A stretch of 64,000 nt of DNA from Deferribacterales bacterium (GCA_050253075.1 JBFWJS010000004.1:160001-224000); one strand, 5' to 3'. Positions 40,707-51,689 are shown, counted from the stretch's first letter. The notes: generated from the letters alone by a model not told the origin. A program made the numbers and translations.

Positions 40707-41174
40707 CTATTTAGACTTCTGCTTTTCCAGCTCTACCTGAAGGATGATATTCAGCATATTCTGAAATGTAATGGACTGGAGCACCTTATCATACTCTTCG
40801 GAAAGGGCTGTCTCCTTCGCTATCATCACACGAAACTCAGGGCGTGACAGGAGCTTTATGTATGCCTCGATCTCTTCGTATGTGTAATTAGAGCGGTAGA
40901 ATTTATATACGGCGGGTTTTATGTTTTCCCATTTGAACTCGGCTATCACCTTATCGGCGACACGCACAGCCTTATCTTTATTCTTCACTTTAAAGTTTCC
41001 GCCGTCCAGCATAGCTGCCAGAGGCATGTATATGGATGCCATAGCAGAGTCATAGCAGTGGGGCGCACCTTTAAGTGTAAAGAATTGGTCGAGCTGTTCG
41101 TCCGTGGGCTCTTTTGCGTATGCAGAGGTAAAGGCGGATATTGCGACGATGAGCAGTAATACTCTGAAAAACAT
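40707..41174 (-). CDS. Exported hypothetical protein (DUF2059-like)
   Basis: Signal peptide ...SAYA; FYRSNYTYEEIEAYI. Confidence 0.65.
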   Translation of the reverse strand: MFFRVLLLIVAISAFTSAYAKEPTDEQLDQFFTLKGAPHCYDSAMASIYMPLAAMLDGGNFKVKNKDKAVRVADKVIAEFKWENIKPAVYKFYRSNYTYEEIEAYIKLLSRPEFRVMIAKETALSEEYDKVLQSITFQNMLNIILQVELEKQKSK

Positions 41175-41175
41175 A

Positions 41176-41409
41176 TTAATCTTTATTCTGCTGTTTAAAG
41201 AAATCAATGAAAGACACGAGGTTTTCTTTTTTGGTCGCTTCGATATTCTCATTTAATATCGCCTCATAGACTTCTTTACGATGGACGCTCACATCCTTTG
41301 GAGCGTCAATTCCGATCTTAACATTGCGACCGGATACATCGACGATTTTCACCTCGATACCGTCACCGATAACGATGCTTTCATTTATCTTCCGTGATAA
41401 TACAAGCAT
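41176..41409 (-). CDS. csrA: Carbon storage regulator CsrA
   Basis: [28 protein letters not shown]. Confidence 0.95.
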   Translation of the reverse strand: MLVLSRKINESIVIGDGIEVKIVDVSGRNVKIGIDAPKDVSVHRKEVYEAILNENIEATKKENLVSFIDFFKQQNKD

Positions 41410-41852
41410 TATTTTTCCTGATTTTGAAATAGCGGCGACTTGATCTGCCACTTGTCATCTTCAAGTATAACCTGTTTTGCTAACTTTTTCTCCATATTTA
41501 ATACAAGAGGAGCGCGTAAATTTACCGTAGCGTTCTTCGGCTGATCCGGTACCACCACGATGCCGAACACCTTGACCCCTTTGTTCTCTTCAACACTGAG
41601 TATCTTGATGTCCCTTTTGCTCACTTCGGGTTTGTAGTCAGGGAAAAATATCTCCGGCTCCACAAGTATGAAACAGATATTAACGTCCTGAACCGACTGA
41701 AACCATAAGAATGGATATGATTTCTCATTGGAGATAAGGATAAAGTCGTTCAGTTCGGGGAATCCCAGCATAGGTGCTGAAAGCGTAATTATGTCGGATT
41801 CCTGAAACTCGATCTCACCGAGCTTGCCTGATACAATCTTCCGGGTTTCCAT
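41409..41852 (-). CDS. fliW: Flagellar assembly factor FliW
   Basis: [25 protein letters not shown]; fliW-csrA pair. Confidence 0.93.
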   Translation of the reverse strand: METRKIVSGKLGEIEFQESDIITLSAPMLGFPELNDFILISNEKSYPFLWFQSVQDVNICFILVEPEIFFPDYKPEVSKRDIKILSVEENKGVKVFGIVVVPDQPKNATVNLRAPLVLNMEKKLAKQVILEDDKWQIKSPLFQNQEK

Positions 41853-41905
41853 TTTTTCCTCGCATCTTTTTACTGAGCTAACACTCATTTTTCGCTCCTA
41901 TAACC

Positions 41906-44900
41906 TTACAGATAGTTCATGATACTAAGCTGCAGTATCTCGGCAGTGGAACTAAGCGCAGCCTGATAAACTGTCTGTGCGACGGTATACTTTGTCGCAG
42001 ACTCTGTCTGGTGCAGTGTCGTAGAACCTGTATACTCTGCTTTCAGCTGCTCATAGTTTGTTATCAGCGATTCGTTAAATGCGATCGCCGATTCCGCTCT
42101 GTTCTCTCTGTTACCGACAGTGGTGAGTGCGCCGTGAATCTGAGATTCTGCCTGTTCCAGTACGGGAAGCTCATATTCAATACCCGAGCCGACAGCCGCT
42201 GTGTAAGAGTCTGTCGCTGCGATAGTACCTTCGTCATAGTGATGATAGACACCGTCTGCGACATAGTACTTCTCATTTGCAGTATCAACGAGATAACTGC
42301 TGATAAGCGTACCGTCGCTTCCTGTGACCTTCATCCTCGCTATGTCACCGCCGTCCTCGATGCCGAGAGTGCCTGTGTGGTCTCCGGAGACGTGCATGCT
42401 GGTATAGTTGACACCGTCAAAGCTGAACTTAAGCTGGTCTTCACCCATTCTGGATGCTGATACATCAGGGTAGAGACCTTCAGCAGTCAGTTTTTCGTTG
42501 ATGTTGTCTATCAGATCGTCAATGCTCTGAAAGTTTTCTTTATCAACGATGATGCTTGTGGCTGTCATTGTACCCGAGCCGTCATCGGTATAGAAGGTCA
42601 GCGTACGCTCGTCCAGAGCCTTTTCGCTCAGGTCGAGGGTGGCCGCTGTCTTCGTCTCGATGGTGTTCGCCTCTATCACAGGATAGAATCCGAGCTCGCC
42701 GTGATCGTCACCGGATACTACTATATCGTCAAAAGCTGCAGTATTCTTAATAACAATTGTTCCGCCCTCTGTCATTTCTGCATACATATCGCCCGCCAAG
42801 AAGCCGTCTGCGATGAGCGCAGCGTCGAGCTGAGTGTTTATATCAGCTATCAGAGCGGCATTATCTGCATAAACAGATCCAGCAGGCAGAGTGATGGATA
42901 TAGGGGATACTGTCTCCCACGCACCGCCTGATTCGTAAAAGACTGTGAGTGAGGAATCGTTCTCCAGCTCCAGATTAGGTATCTGGGTTCCTGTTGTGTC
43001 CTTGCCTGTCTCGCCGAACATGAAGGCTGTCTCTGTATTGTTATAGTTAACTGTTATCTCTGTGTTACCCGAACCGGAATCTATGCGCAGGCTTCCGTCT
43101 TCCATGTATGCCTGTACGCCCAGTTTCTGAAGGTCGGGGTCGCTGTTTATCTGGCGGATCAGTTCGTCTGTAAGGAGTGTCGCATCACCTGCATATGTGG
43201 CAAGTGGTACGGACACGGACTTAGTGAAGAAGCCGTCCGCAGATGTTATAGAGTCTGACTCAAGCACTATGTCGAAAGACACGGGGTCCACGCTGTCATA
43301 CATTGTGAGCGCATCAGACTTCCAGAACTGCTCAGACTGAATGTAGTATTCTGACTGGTCGCCGTAATACTCCACTTCGAAATTGAGCAGGTCGTTGTAG
43401 TTACCTCTGAATTCACCGTCGAGGTAAGGTGTGGCTGTGGAGTTCAGACTGTCGTCGCTCCATTCGCTCGGTGCACCGATACCGCTGTCGGGGATATTCA
43501 GGTTAAGCGCATCGTAAAGATTCATCAGCGATGTGAAGACGTTTACGTTGCTGCCGTTCTCTATTACGTTCAGGTCACCGAAGCTAAGGTTTGAATTAGC
43601 TGTGAGATCCACTGTGAACGATGAGCTGACTAGGTCGCCGAGCACTATGCTCACACCCTGGTTCAGATATATCGGATCGCCTGTATACGCAGATGCAGAA
43701 AGCGGGCTGGAAGAGTTGTCGAAGAGAACTGTTCCGTCTGAGTCTGTAACGGTAATGACCATGTCATCACCCACAACAGAAACGTTAACACCCCATGAAT
43801 CATCTGCTGTACCGCTGTATCTTCCCTCAAGTGTTACATTCGGCTGAAGCATCGCATAGCCTATACCAGTGTTATCTTCGTCTATGCTGAATGTAAGTTT
43901 GCTGCTGCCGCTGCGGATATCTGTGACCTGGAGTTTTCCGTCCACCAGCTCAGCAGAGACTGCGTTATTATAAAGGTTTTCGATGAAGTCGAGCATGTCG
44001 CTGACTGTCTTTTCCTCTTCGGTCGGATAGTCAGAACCCTTCGCAGAGTCATACTGATACTCATTTGCACCCTCGTCTATGCGAGTGGTGATGTATGTAT
44101 CTTTTGTATAGTTCTGGTTTACCAGTGTAAAGGTAAGGTCGTAACCGCCGAAGCCGTCATCGGCAACTGTGGCATCCACTTCAAACTCGAACCCTTCGCT
44201 CTTAAGAGCGGCGTTGATCTTGTTCTGGATGTCTGCTGCCGTATCTGTATCGTATACGGTAAACTTGATCTCCTCACCCTGAATGTTGTACGAGTGCTCA
44301 GTACCGCCCGGCGTACCTGCTATTGCGAGACCGTTATAAACTGTCTGCACAGGGCCTGAGTAGTTAGAGTAAGAGAAGTCGAATGTAGTATCGCTGCCTG
44401 TGGCATACAGAGGAGTATCGCCGAATCCGAGCGTGCTGTAGTCGGAGCCTGTGATGCCTATCCTGACGCCTTCACCCGCTTTGTTTGATATAAACATCAG
44501 CTTGTCGCCGTCGTTCACTGCTGTCATCTCGCCGCCGAGCCCTTCGTTTTCGAGGAGTCTGTTGACGTTGTATACCACCTCATCCATATCGCTGTAACCC
44601 TGCTGGTCGAGGGTGATGCTGTAGTTCTTGCCTGCGTAGGATATGTTGAGTGTTCTCTGCTCTTCTGTAGCGTTTGTCATGTCGAGGTCTACGTTCGCAG
44701 GGCTTGTCACTCTGGCTGTACCGATACGGTATCCGTTGTGGTCTGTACCTGTGAACGTAACGCTGTCAGACGCCGCTGCATTCGCTCCGTCTATCTTGGT
44801 GAACTTTGTGGTCTGTGATATAGAGAGACCGTTCGCCGTGTTCGGCATTGTGCCGAGTATGGTTTTATGTGTTTCCATAAAGATATCCTGACCGGATACG

Positions 44901-45772
44901 TTTATGGTTACGTTCTGGCTGTCGCCTATCTTGGTAGTGATCTCTCCGTCGTCGCCGACATACTGGATGTCGTCGCCCGGCTGATAGTAGAAAGACATCT
45001 TAAGTGTCTCGCCCACAACCATATCTTCAGGAATCTTAACACTGACGCCTCGGCCTGTATTTATAACCTGACCGGGGAGGAACTCTGTCACCAGAGTATC
45101 AGTTGTAAGGTTTCCGTTTTCTGTTGATTCGTCACTGCCGTTACTGTCAAGGATAACTGTTTTATTATTCGCATCAACGAGAGAAACTTCGACTACGCCC
45201 CCTGAGAGAGCCTGTACTGTCACGGTATATGAGCCCTCGCCGAGGTCTGGCATGTCAGAGTAGAGTCTGGCTGCGAAAGCCTGTCCGCCGTCTTTATTAG
45301 ACACCACAGATGTTACCTGTCTGTTGCCCGATGTAAACGGTGCATCGTCTGTCTCGTATCCTGCAAAGATGTATCTGTCCATGTACTGAGAGTTTGCTAT
45401 GTCGAGCATCGCTTCATAGATGTTCAGAACCTCTCCTGCGAGAGCCTTGCGGCTGTCTGCATCCTGAGAGTCGTTTATACCCTGAATGGCGAGCTCGTCC
45501 TTTGCTCTGGAGAGTATCTCAGATGCTGTCTGGAGCTCTGAGTCTGCATTTGAAAGCCATGTAAGGGCGTTATTTGCGTTTCTCGAATACTGGGTGGCAT
45601 CATCTACCGTACGCTGAATGTTAAACGCTGTGAGATAGTTTACCGCGTCATCCTCAGGGTCGAGGAGCTGACGTCCGGACGTAACCTCTTCACTCGCTTT
45701 AACGAGATTATTCAGCGTCTGGTTGACACCGTTCAGATACTTCATAGTCATAAAGTTATATGTGATTCTCAT
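41906..45772 (-). CDS. flgL: Flagellar hook-associated protein 3, very large (1288 aa)
   Basis: MRIT N-terminus, AN..YMDRYIFAG, YQAAL...LSIMNYL C-terminus; follows flgK. Confidence 0.9.
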   Translation of the reverse strand: MRITYNFMTMKYLNGVNQTLNNLVKASEEVTSGRQLLDPEDDAVNYLTAFNIQRTVDDATQYSRNANNALTWLSNADSELQTASEILSRAKDELAIQGINDSQDADSRKALAGEVLNIYEAMLDIANSQYMDRYIFAGYETDDAPFTSGNRQVTSVVSNKDGGQAFAARLYSDMPDLGEGSYTVTVQALSGGVVEVSLVDANNKTVILDSNGSDESTENGNLTTDTLVTEFLPGQVINTGRGVSVKIPEDMVVGETLKMSFYYQPGDDIQYVGDDGEITTKIGDSQNVTINVSGQDIFMETHKTILGTMPNTANGLSISQTTKFTKIDGANAAASDSVTFTGTDHNGYRIGTARVTSPANVDLDMTNATEEQRTLNISYAGKNYSITLDQQGYSDMDEVVYNVNRLLENEGLGGEMTAVNDGDKLMFISNKAGEGVRIGITGSDYSTLGFGDTPLYATGSDTTFDFSYSNYSGPVQTVYNGLAIAGTPGGTEHSYNIQGEEIKFTVYDTDTAADIQNKINAALKSEGFEFEVDATVADDGFGGYDLTFTLVNQNYTKDTYITTRIDEGANEYQYDSAKGSDYPTEEEKTVSDMLDFIENLYNNAVSAELVDGKLQVTDIRSGSSKLTFSIDEDNTGIGYAMLQPNVTLEGRYSGTADDSWGVNVSVVGDDMVITVTDSDGTVLFDNSSSPLSASAYTGDPIYLNQGVSIVLGDLVSSSFTVDLTANSNLSFGDLNVIENGSNVNVFTSLMNLYDALNLNIPDSGIGAPSEWSDDSLNSTATPYLDGEFRGNYNDLLNFEVEYYGDQSEYYIQSEQFWKSDALTMYDSVDPVSFDIVLESDSITSADGFFTKSVSVPLATYAGDATLLTDELIRQINSDPDLQKLGVQAYMEDGSLRIDSGSGNTEITVNYNNTETAFMFGETGKDTTGTQIPNLELENDSSLTVFYESGGAWETVSPISITLPAGSVYADNAALIADINTQLDAALIADGFLAGDMYAEMTEGGTIVIKNTAAFDDIVVSGDDHGELGFYPVIEANTIETKTAATLDLSEKALDERTLTFYTDDGSGTMTATSIIVDKENFQSIDDLIDNINEKLTAEGLYPDVSASRMGEDQLKFSFDGVNYTSMHVSGDHTGTLGIEDGGDIARMKVTGSDGTLISSYLVDTANEKYYVADGVYHHYDEGTIAATDSYTAAVGSGIEYELPVLEQAESQIHGALTTVGNRENRAESAIAFNESLITNYEQLKAEYTGSTTLHQTESATKYTVAQTVYQAALSSTAEILQLSIMNYL

Positions 45773-45794
45773 GCTGTTATCCTCTCACCGGGTC

Positions 45795-47537
45795 CTAACT
45801 GCCCAGATTATTGATGAGATCTTCGAGCATCTCATCAACTGCGGAGATAAATCTTGAACTTGCTTCAAACGAACGCTGAAACTTCATAAGGTTTGTCATC
45901 TCTTCGTCCATAGACACACCTTTTACCTCTTCCAGCTTAAGTTCAAGTTCGCTGACCGCTTCCGTCTTTGTAGATACATAGATGTCTGCGGTCGCTTTGT
46001 CGCTACCTATAGTCGCTGCGAAATATGCATAGAACTCATCGACTGTGACATCCATGGACTCCATGATGTCCTCATCTTTGATGTTTGCTATCGCTGCTGC
46101 GTTCTGGTTGTCCCCTTCTGCACCTGTGACAGAAGTGGCGATGTATGCGTTGTTAGACATTATCAGGCTGGATACTGCCATGTCGGATGCGTCACTGCCT
46201 GAGAAGAATCCGTAAGTACCGGATGCCACAAGGAAGTTTGATGTATCCTCTGCAAATGTGAAATCATAGCCTGAGCCTGCCGTAATCTTTATGGTATTAC
46301 CGCTCGAAATGGATGCCTGTATCATACCGCCGTTCGGGTTGCCGTCTGCTGCGGATATCTTGGCTATCACAGAGTTCAGGTTGTCCTTTTTAGGGTCTAT
46401 CTCTATGTCCAGGTCGTCCACATGGTTTCCCTGATCGTCGTATACGGCGATACGCAGCGTGCCTTCTCTTATCTCAGTGGGGAAAGCACCCGCCTCTTCG
46501 GCGAATGTGTATGTCGGGTTCGGTACACCCTGAGATGATGTTATCTGTGTGAGCCTTTCGATACCCTGACCGAGAGCGTGGATCTCGTTTGTCGCTGTGA
46601 TCAGCGAAGATGCCATCTCGTTCAGTGTGTCCATATAGCCGTTTATGAGCTCGTCACGCACATACAGCTCACCTGCGATCTCTCCGCTGGTGAATGATGA
46701 TGTGATGTCTACGAGGTCTCTTGTCTGGCCTTCGGTTCCCCACATGATGTTAAGTTTGCCTGTGTCTTCATCTGTGACAGTGGAGAGCTCGAAAGTCTTA
46801 CCCTCATCCACGAGGGCGTTACCGTTGATATAAACAGCCACCTGACCGTTTGTTCTCTCTGTCACCGAGATGTTGGACATCTCTGCCAGCTGGTTAAGCA
46901 GAACTTCTCTCTGGTCTCTGAAGTCATTGGCAGTGTTCCCGTTGGCTTCGATCAGAGCAATGTTCTTATTCAGGTATGCGATGTTTGATGTTATCTCGTT
47001 GATCTCGTCAACATAGTTAGATATCAGATAGTCGCTTTCTGCCTGAATACCATCAAGTGCGTCATAGCCGGCATTCATCTTTGAAGCCAGCACCTGTGCA
47101 CTCTCCAGAAGGGTCTGTCTTTTGATAAGACCTTCATCGGATTCGTCTGTTGCTGTGTTTGCGAGGTCACTCCATGCGTCGAAATAGTCCTGCATTGCCT
47201 CACCCAGCCCCGAGCCGTCCTCAAGCTCATTGAAGTAAATCTCCACCTTGGTAAGAGCTGTCTGAACAGTCTTATAATAAGCAAGGTCAGAGCTTTCGCT
47301 TCTGATATTGGCCGCAAGGATATCGTCATAGATACGTTCAACTGTCTCTATGTCTACTCCTCGTCCGAACACTCCGTCTGCGTAAACGGCAGACTGCTGG
47401 GTGTCGAGCACCACTCGCTGTCTGGAGTATCCTTCGGTGTTTACGTTCGCAATGTTGTTACCGGTAACGTCGATCCCCGCCTGAGAAGCGAAAAGACCGG
47501 ACACACCGGTAGAAAAAATATGCATCAAATTAGACAT
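45795..47537 (-). CDS. flgK: Flagellar hook-associated protein 1
   Basis: NNIANVNTEGYSRQRV, GVSMDEE, FQRSFEASSR. Confidence 0.95.
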   Translation of the reverse strand: MSNLMHIFSTGVSGLFASQAGIDVTGNNIANVNTEGYSRQRVVLDTQQSAVYADGVFGRGVDIETVERIYDDILAANIRSESSDLAYYKTVQTALTKVEIYFNELEDGSGLGEAMQDYFDAWSDLANTATDESDEGLIKRQTLLESAQVLASKMNAGYDALDGIQAESDYLISNYVDEINEITSNIAYLNKNIALIEANGNTANDFRDQREVLLNQLAEMSNISVTERTNGQVAVYINGNALVDEGKTFELSTVTDEDTGKLNIMWGTEGQTRDLVDITSSFTSGEIAGELYVRDELINGYMDTLNEMASSLITATNEIHALGQGIERLTQITSSQGVPNPTYTFAEEAGAFPTEIREGTLRIAVYDDQGNHVDDLDIEIDPKKDNLNSVIAKISAADGNPNGGMIQASISSGNTIKITAGSGYDFTFAEDTSNFLVASGTYGFFSGSDASDMAVSSLIMSNNAYIATSVTGAEGDNQNAAAIANIKDEDIMESMDVTVDEFYAYFAATIGSDKATADIYVSTKTEAVSELELKLEEVKGVSMDEEMTNLMKFQRSFEASSRFISAVDEMLEDLINNLGS

Positions 47538-47567
47538 GGTCTGCCTCCGGCTTTATCTTAAAGCCTG

Positions 47568-48047
47568 TTATCCTGTTTGGCTGATGGTGGATGTTCTGCC
47601 TTTTGCGTATCCTTTGTTGATACCGTATGTGTGCTTTCCGGCTATACCGAGACGGCCGAATACACCTTCGATCAGCGAAACATTAGTCTTGTAAAGGATT
47701 TTAAGTGATTCATTCAGACGTCCTACCTCTTTCACAAGTGCGATAAGGCGCTTGCGGGCTTCGGACATCTCCTGATAAAGTTCGCCTGCATATTCTTCGG
47801 GTATATCCTGAACACGGACGCTGTCCAGCTCCAGATCTTTGGCTATACGCTTAAGACTGGCTCTGAATGCCTCATCCAGGACTCTTTCTTTATATGCAAG
47901 GGTATCTTTCTTTTTTACCAGTTCGATAGTTCTGTTAGCGTCCCAAGTGACAACGCACTCAGTCTCCTGTTCGAGAATGGTCTTCATCTCTTCGTACAGG
48001 GTTTCCTGCGAACTAAGAATGTCTAAAAGATCTTTAACGGATTCCAT
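47568..48047 (-). CDS. flgN: Flagellar export chaperone FlgN
   Basis: Helical 159 aa between flgM and flgK; called mainly by position. Confidence 0.75.
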   Translation of the reverse strand: MESVKDLLDILSSQETLYEEMKTILEQETECVVTWDANRTIELVKKKDTLAYKERVLDEAFRASLKRIAKDLELDSVRVQDIPEEYAGELYQEMSEARKRLIALVKEVGRLNESLKILYKTNVSLIEGVFGRLGIAGKHTYGINKGYAKGRTSTISQTG

Positions 48048-48117
48048 CTCATTCCTCCGAGTATTTCGGCAGTTATGAGGAGCGGAAGTATTAAATAGGG
48101 TGTGTTAGGATATGATC

Positions 48118-48414
48118 TTAGAAAAGATCGTCAATAGCTGTCTGTACTATTCTTTCGGCGATATCTTTGCCTGAGACGTTGTACTGACCGCTTTCGATCT
48201 TGACTTTAAGCTCCTGAACGAGCTCGACTCTGATCTCCGGAGCACCTTTTACAGCTTCTGTCACATTAGCAGCGTCTTTCGCACTGCTGGAAAGAGAGAC
48301 ACTGTCGCTGGAAGATGAGTCGGAGCTAGAGGCGGACTTAGAAGAGGATTTCTTCTTAGTGTCTGTCTCGTTCAGCCTGTTCATATCAAATTTGAACTTA
48401 TCATCAATTCTCAT
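48118..48414 (-). CDS. flgM: Anti-sigma28 factor FlgM
   Basis: DSVSLS, R.ELVQELK.KIESGQYNV...IAE. Confidence 0.9.
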   Translation of the reverse strand: MRIDDKFKFDMNRLNETDTKKKSSSKSASSSDSSSSDSVSLSSSAKDAANVTEAVKGAPEIRVELVQELKVKIESGQYNVSGKDIAERIVQTAIDDLF

Positions 48415-48437
48415 CAATAGCCTCCGGTACATTCAGG

Positions 48438-48464
48438 TAATCGTCGAAATCCTAAAAAACTTTA
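48438..48464 (-). promoter_or_regulatory. Sigma28 promoter of flgM
   Basis: TAAAGTTT-N11-GACGATTA on minus strand. Confidence 0.7.
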
Positions 48465-48519
48465 GCAGTTTTTACCTGGTTGTTCCAGTGAAAAAGCCTT
48501 TTTCCCTATTCACTCGCTC

Positions 48520-48915
48520 TCATAATTTACTATTTATTTTAGAAGCAACATCTGTGCCATTCAGACTCCTTTGTAAATCAAGGAATTTCTGCGTATCCAC
48601 AGTACTGTTTTTTCCTGTCGGGAAATTATTTCCATCGGCATTCTGGAGATATTTGCTCATAGAGTCGTAAAGCATCTTTGAAAGACCCATCCCCTGACCT
48701 TCGGATGACTGCTTCGCTACTTCGGAGTCCAGCATGTCTGTGAAGATCTCTTCGCCCATGTTCTTTTTAACGAGACCGCTGTCTTCGATAGAGTCTCTCA
48801 TGCTTTTGAACATCTTAGACATGAAAAGCGCTTCGAACTCCTCGCATGTCTTTTTGAGCTTTGTGCTCTGGTCTTTTGTATAGTTCAGGTCTGTGCTTAC
48901 TACTTCTGTATACAT
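48520..48915 (-). CDS. flgJ: FlgJ rod-binding domain only (no muramidase)
   Basis: CEEFEALF..MFKSMR, FTDMLD, GMGLSKM. Confidence 0.85.
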   Translation of the reverse strand: MYTEVVSTDLNYTKDQSTKLKKTCEEFEALFMSKMFKSMRDSIEDSGLVKKNMGEEIFTDMLDSEVAKQSSEGQGMGLSKMLYDSMSKYLQNADGNNFPTGKNSTVDTQKFLDLQRSLNGTDVASKINSKL

Positions 48916-50000
48916 TACATCACCTGTAATTCGCCGTGGAGAGCACCTGCGGACTTGATAGCCTGAAGTATGGATATCAGGTCTCTAGGTGTCACACCGA
49001 TGGAGTTGAGAGCTTTCACAAGGTCGCTTATGCTGACCCCTTCAGGCACTACCATCAGTTTTGCGTTTTCTTCCTGTACTGTTATCTGTGTCTCCTGTGT
49101 GGTCTGTCCGCCGTCGCCGAGGAAGTTCGGGTCCTGCACCTGCACAGTAGAGTTTATAGTAATGGTCAGGTTACCGTGTGAGACTGCCACAGTGTTCAGC
49201 CTTACGTCTGCGCCCATTACTATTGTTCCTGTTCTTTCGTCTACGACAACCCTTGCGAGGTTTGTAGGCTCTATCTCTGTGCTGAGTATCTTATCGAGAT
49301 AAACGTAAAAGTTATTCTTCTGATTCTCAGGCACAGCCACTTCCATTGTGGAAGGAGATGTTATCTTTGCCACGCTGAGTCCGGTCATGCCGTTTATAGC
49401 GTCTTTTGCTTTTACAAGGTCAGTGAGGTTTCTGTGTTTAAATGTGAGCACGATCTCGTTCTCGTCCATATTGAAAGGAACTTCCTGCTCCACGATCCCC
49501 CCGTTCGGTATCATACCCACTGTCGGGTGGTTTTTTATAGCTCCTGCGCCTGCTGCGGATACGTTCATACCGCCCACGGATATCGGCCCCTGAGCCACGG
49601 CATAAACCTGTCCGTTTGCAGCGGAAAGAGGTGTCATGAGGAGCGTACCGCCCTCAAGGCTCTTTGCATCACCTACGGATGAAACAACAACATCCACCAT
49701 AGTACCGGGGCGGGCATACGGCGGGAGCTTTGCCGTTACCATAACTGCGGCGACGTTTTTTACGCTCACTGCGTTCTGATCAACAGTGATGCCCATTCTG
49801 TCTATCATGTTTACGAGGGACTGCACGGTGAATTCCGTACCGCTCTTATCGCCTGTTCCGTTCAGACCGACGATCAGACCGTATCCTATCAACTGGTTGT
49901 CCCTGATGCCTTCTACATTGGAGATATCTCTTATCTTAACCATCGCAAAGGATGTGTTTGCTATCAGTGCTATTATCAGTGTTATCAGTATTCTTCTCAT
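48915..50000 (-). CDS. flgI: Flagellar P-ring protein
   Basis: NQLIGYGLIVGLNGTGD, SLEGGTLL, ERTGTIV. Confidence 0.96.
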   Translation of the reverse strand: MRRILITLIIALIANTSFAMVKIRDISNVEGIRDNQLIGYGLIVGLNGTGDKSGTEFTVQSLVNMIDRMGITVDQNAVSVKNVAAVMVTAKLPPYARPGTMVDVVVSSVGDAKSLEGGTLLMTPLSAANGQVYAVAQGPISVGGMNVSAAGAGAIKNHPTVGMIPNGGIVEQEVPFNMDENEIVLTFKHRNLTDLVKAKDAINGMTGLSVAKITSPSTMEVAVPENQKNNFYVYLDKILSTEIEPTNLARVVVDERTGTIVMGADVRLNTVAVSHGNLTITINSTVQVQDPNFLGDGGQTTQETQITVQEENAKLMVVPEGVSISDLVKALNSIGVTPRDLISILQAIKSAGALHGELQVM

Positions 50001-50016
50001 CTCTTTACCTCTCCCC

Positions 50017-50736
50017 TTAGAACGGCATGATCCAGCTGAGCAATGTCATCAGCCAGCCCGGTTTGTTAGAGTCTGAAAGCTGCCCCTGACCGCTGTATGC
50101 TATCTTTGCATCTGCTATGGATGTGGACTGCACAGTATTGGTGGCGTTCACGTCCTTCTGGCGGACGATACCGCTGAGTGTGATGGTCTGCTTCTCATTA
50201 TCCACGATGATCTCTCTGTGGCCCTCTATCACAAGGTTACCCGAAGGGAGCACATCTGTGATCCTTGTGGCGATGGTACCTGTGACGGTGTCTGCCTTAG
50301 ATTTTGACCCGCTGCCTGAGAATGCGCTGGATGAGCTCAGAGAGTTATCAAGGTTAAGCGCGTTTCCTGTGCCGAGCAGGTTTGTTATACCCATATCAAG
50401 CGGAAGCCCGAGCACGTTGCCCAGTGTGGAATCTGCACTCTGAGACTTCGATGTGGATGTACTGTTTGAATTGGTGGCTGATGAGCTCTCCACTATCTCT
50501 ACGATAATGATGTCGCCCACGTGACGGCCTTTATAGTCAAGGAACAGACTGCCCTTTGCAGAAGCCTCCATCCAGAGGGACGGCGTCGGCTTTCTCGCAT
50601 CGAGCTGTCTTTTATATTCTTCGAGTTCTTTTTGATAGCTGTTTTGAAGTGACTGGTTGTCAAAGTCGGGTTTTTTCGCACAGCCTGTGGTAAGGAGGAG
50701 CGCTGCTGCTATAAGAAGAAGAATTCTGATTTTCAT
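50017..50736 (-). CDS. flgH: Flagellar L-ring lipoprotein
   Basis: Lipobox TTGC, VGDII, GNLVIEG, GIVR, PGWL...PF. Confidence 0.94.
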   Translation of the reverse strand: MKIRILLLIAAALLLTTGCAKKPDFDNQSLQNSYQKELEEYKRQLDARKPTPSLWMEASAKGSLFLDYKGRHVGDIIIVEIVESSSATNSNSTSTSKSQSADSTLGNVLGLPLDMGITNLLGTGNALNLDNSLSSSSAFSGSGSKSKADTVTGTIATRITDVLPSGNLVIEGHREIIVDNEKQTITLSGIVRQKDVNATNTVQSTSIADAKIAYSGQGQLSDSNKPGWLMTLLSWIMPF

Positions 50737-50776
50737 ATCATTTCTCCGGCAATTTTTTTCACTTACCGGGTTAAAT

Positions 50777-50793
50777 AACAAGAAGTGTGCCAA
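50777..50793 (-). promoter_or_regulatory. Possible sigma54 promoter of flgH
   Basis: TTGGCAC-ACTTC-TTGT (GG-N10-GT, imperfect -12). Confidence 0.5.
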
Positions 50794-50829
50794 ATATAGA
50801 GAAACTATGAAGGGGTTGACATCCAAGTA

Positions 50830-51687
50830 TTACTGAGCGTTTACGAAGACCTTACGTCCTTCGGCGTATGTTCCGCGGACAATTTTGCCGCTGGTAGCAT
50901 TTTTCACCCGGACATTTTTTCCGATGTAGGCATCCTCTTCCAGCTCTCCCGTTGTGCTGACATTCAGCCCGCCGGAGTTATAAACTATCTGAACCGTAGA
51001 GCCGGCAAAAGCATCTGGCTTCTGCACTACATCGCCTGTTGTGACGGGTCTGCCTGCGCTGATGTTTCTGATGGCGATATAGCCTTTGACATCTTTCACC
51101 GGGTCGCCGTGGATGCGTCCGAGCTCAAAGCGTTCTTGATGCACGAGCCCTTCGATGTCCTGACCTTTCTTTATGGAGCTGCCTGCCACATAGACATCAC
51201 CAAAGGCGGTGAGAGTGACGGTATAGTTGTATTTTCTGATGCCGTTATCCACAGAGACGGACACATTGCCGAATCTGTTTCTAGGCAGGTCGATATTATA
51301 CCCGTCCGCTTCGGAGTAATAGAAAGGCCTGCCCATGCGTATCCTGTCTATCTCCACGTCTATCTTCCCGTACATAACGGAAAGGAGGTCGGCTATGTCT
51401 TTCTGAAATCTTTCTTCGGTGAGCTCCACTCCACGTCTGCGGAATGTAACTTCGCCGGGACGTGCACCTGCAATATTATATTTATTAATAATATACATAG
51501 ACATCTGGCGGTTTATTGTTTTCTCCTCGCCATAGTCCAGCCCGCAGGCCACCTCATCTTTTATACCTATCCCGGGGAATATATCCTCCAGCATCACACA
51601 CTCGGTGTCGATGAGTATCGCGTCATCGGCAAAGGCGGAAAAAGCTGTCAGAAAGAGCATCATTCCCAGCAGAACAGTTCTAAGCAT
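50830..51687 (-). CDS. flgA: Flagellar P-ring chaperone FlgA
   Basis: SAF-like region, G.LEEDAYIGKNVRVKN..SGKIV. Confidence 0.85.
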   Translation of the reverse strand: MLRTVLLGMMLFLTAFSAFADDAILIDTECVMLEDIFPGIGIKDEVACGLDYGEEKTINRQMSMYIINKYNIAGARPGEVTFRRRGVELTEERFQKDIADLLSVMYGKIDVEIDRIRMGRPFYYSEADGYNIDLPRNRFGNVSVSVDNGIRKYNYTVTLTAFGDVYVAGSSIKKGQDIEGLVHQERFELGRIHGDPVKDVKGYIAIRNISAGRPVTTGDVVQKPDAFAGSTVQIVYNSGGLNVSTTGELEEDAYIGKNVRVKNATSGKIVRGTYAEGRKVFVNAQ

Positions 51688-51689
51688 TA

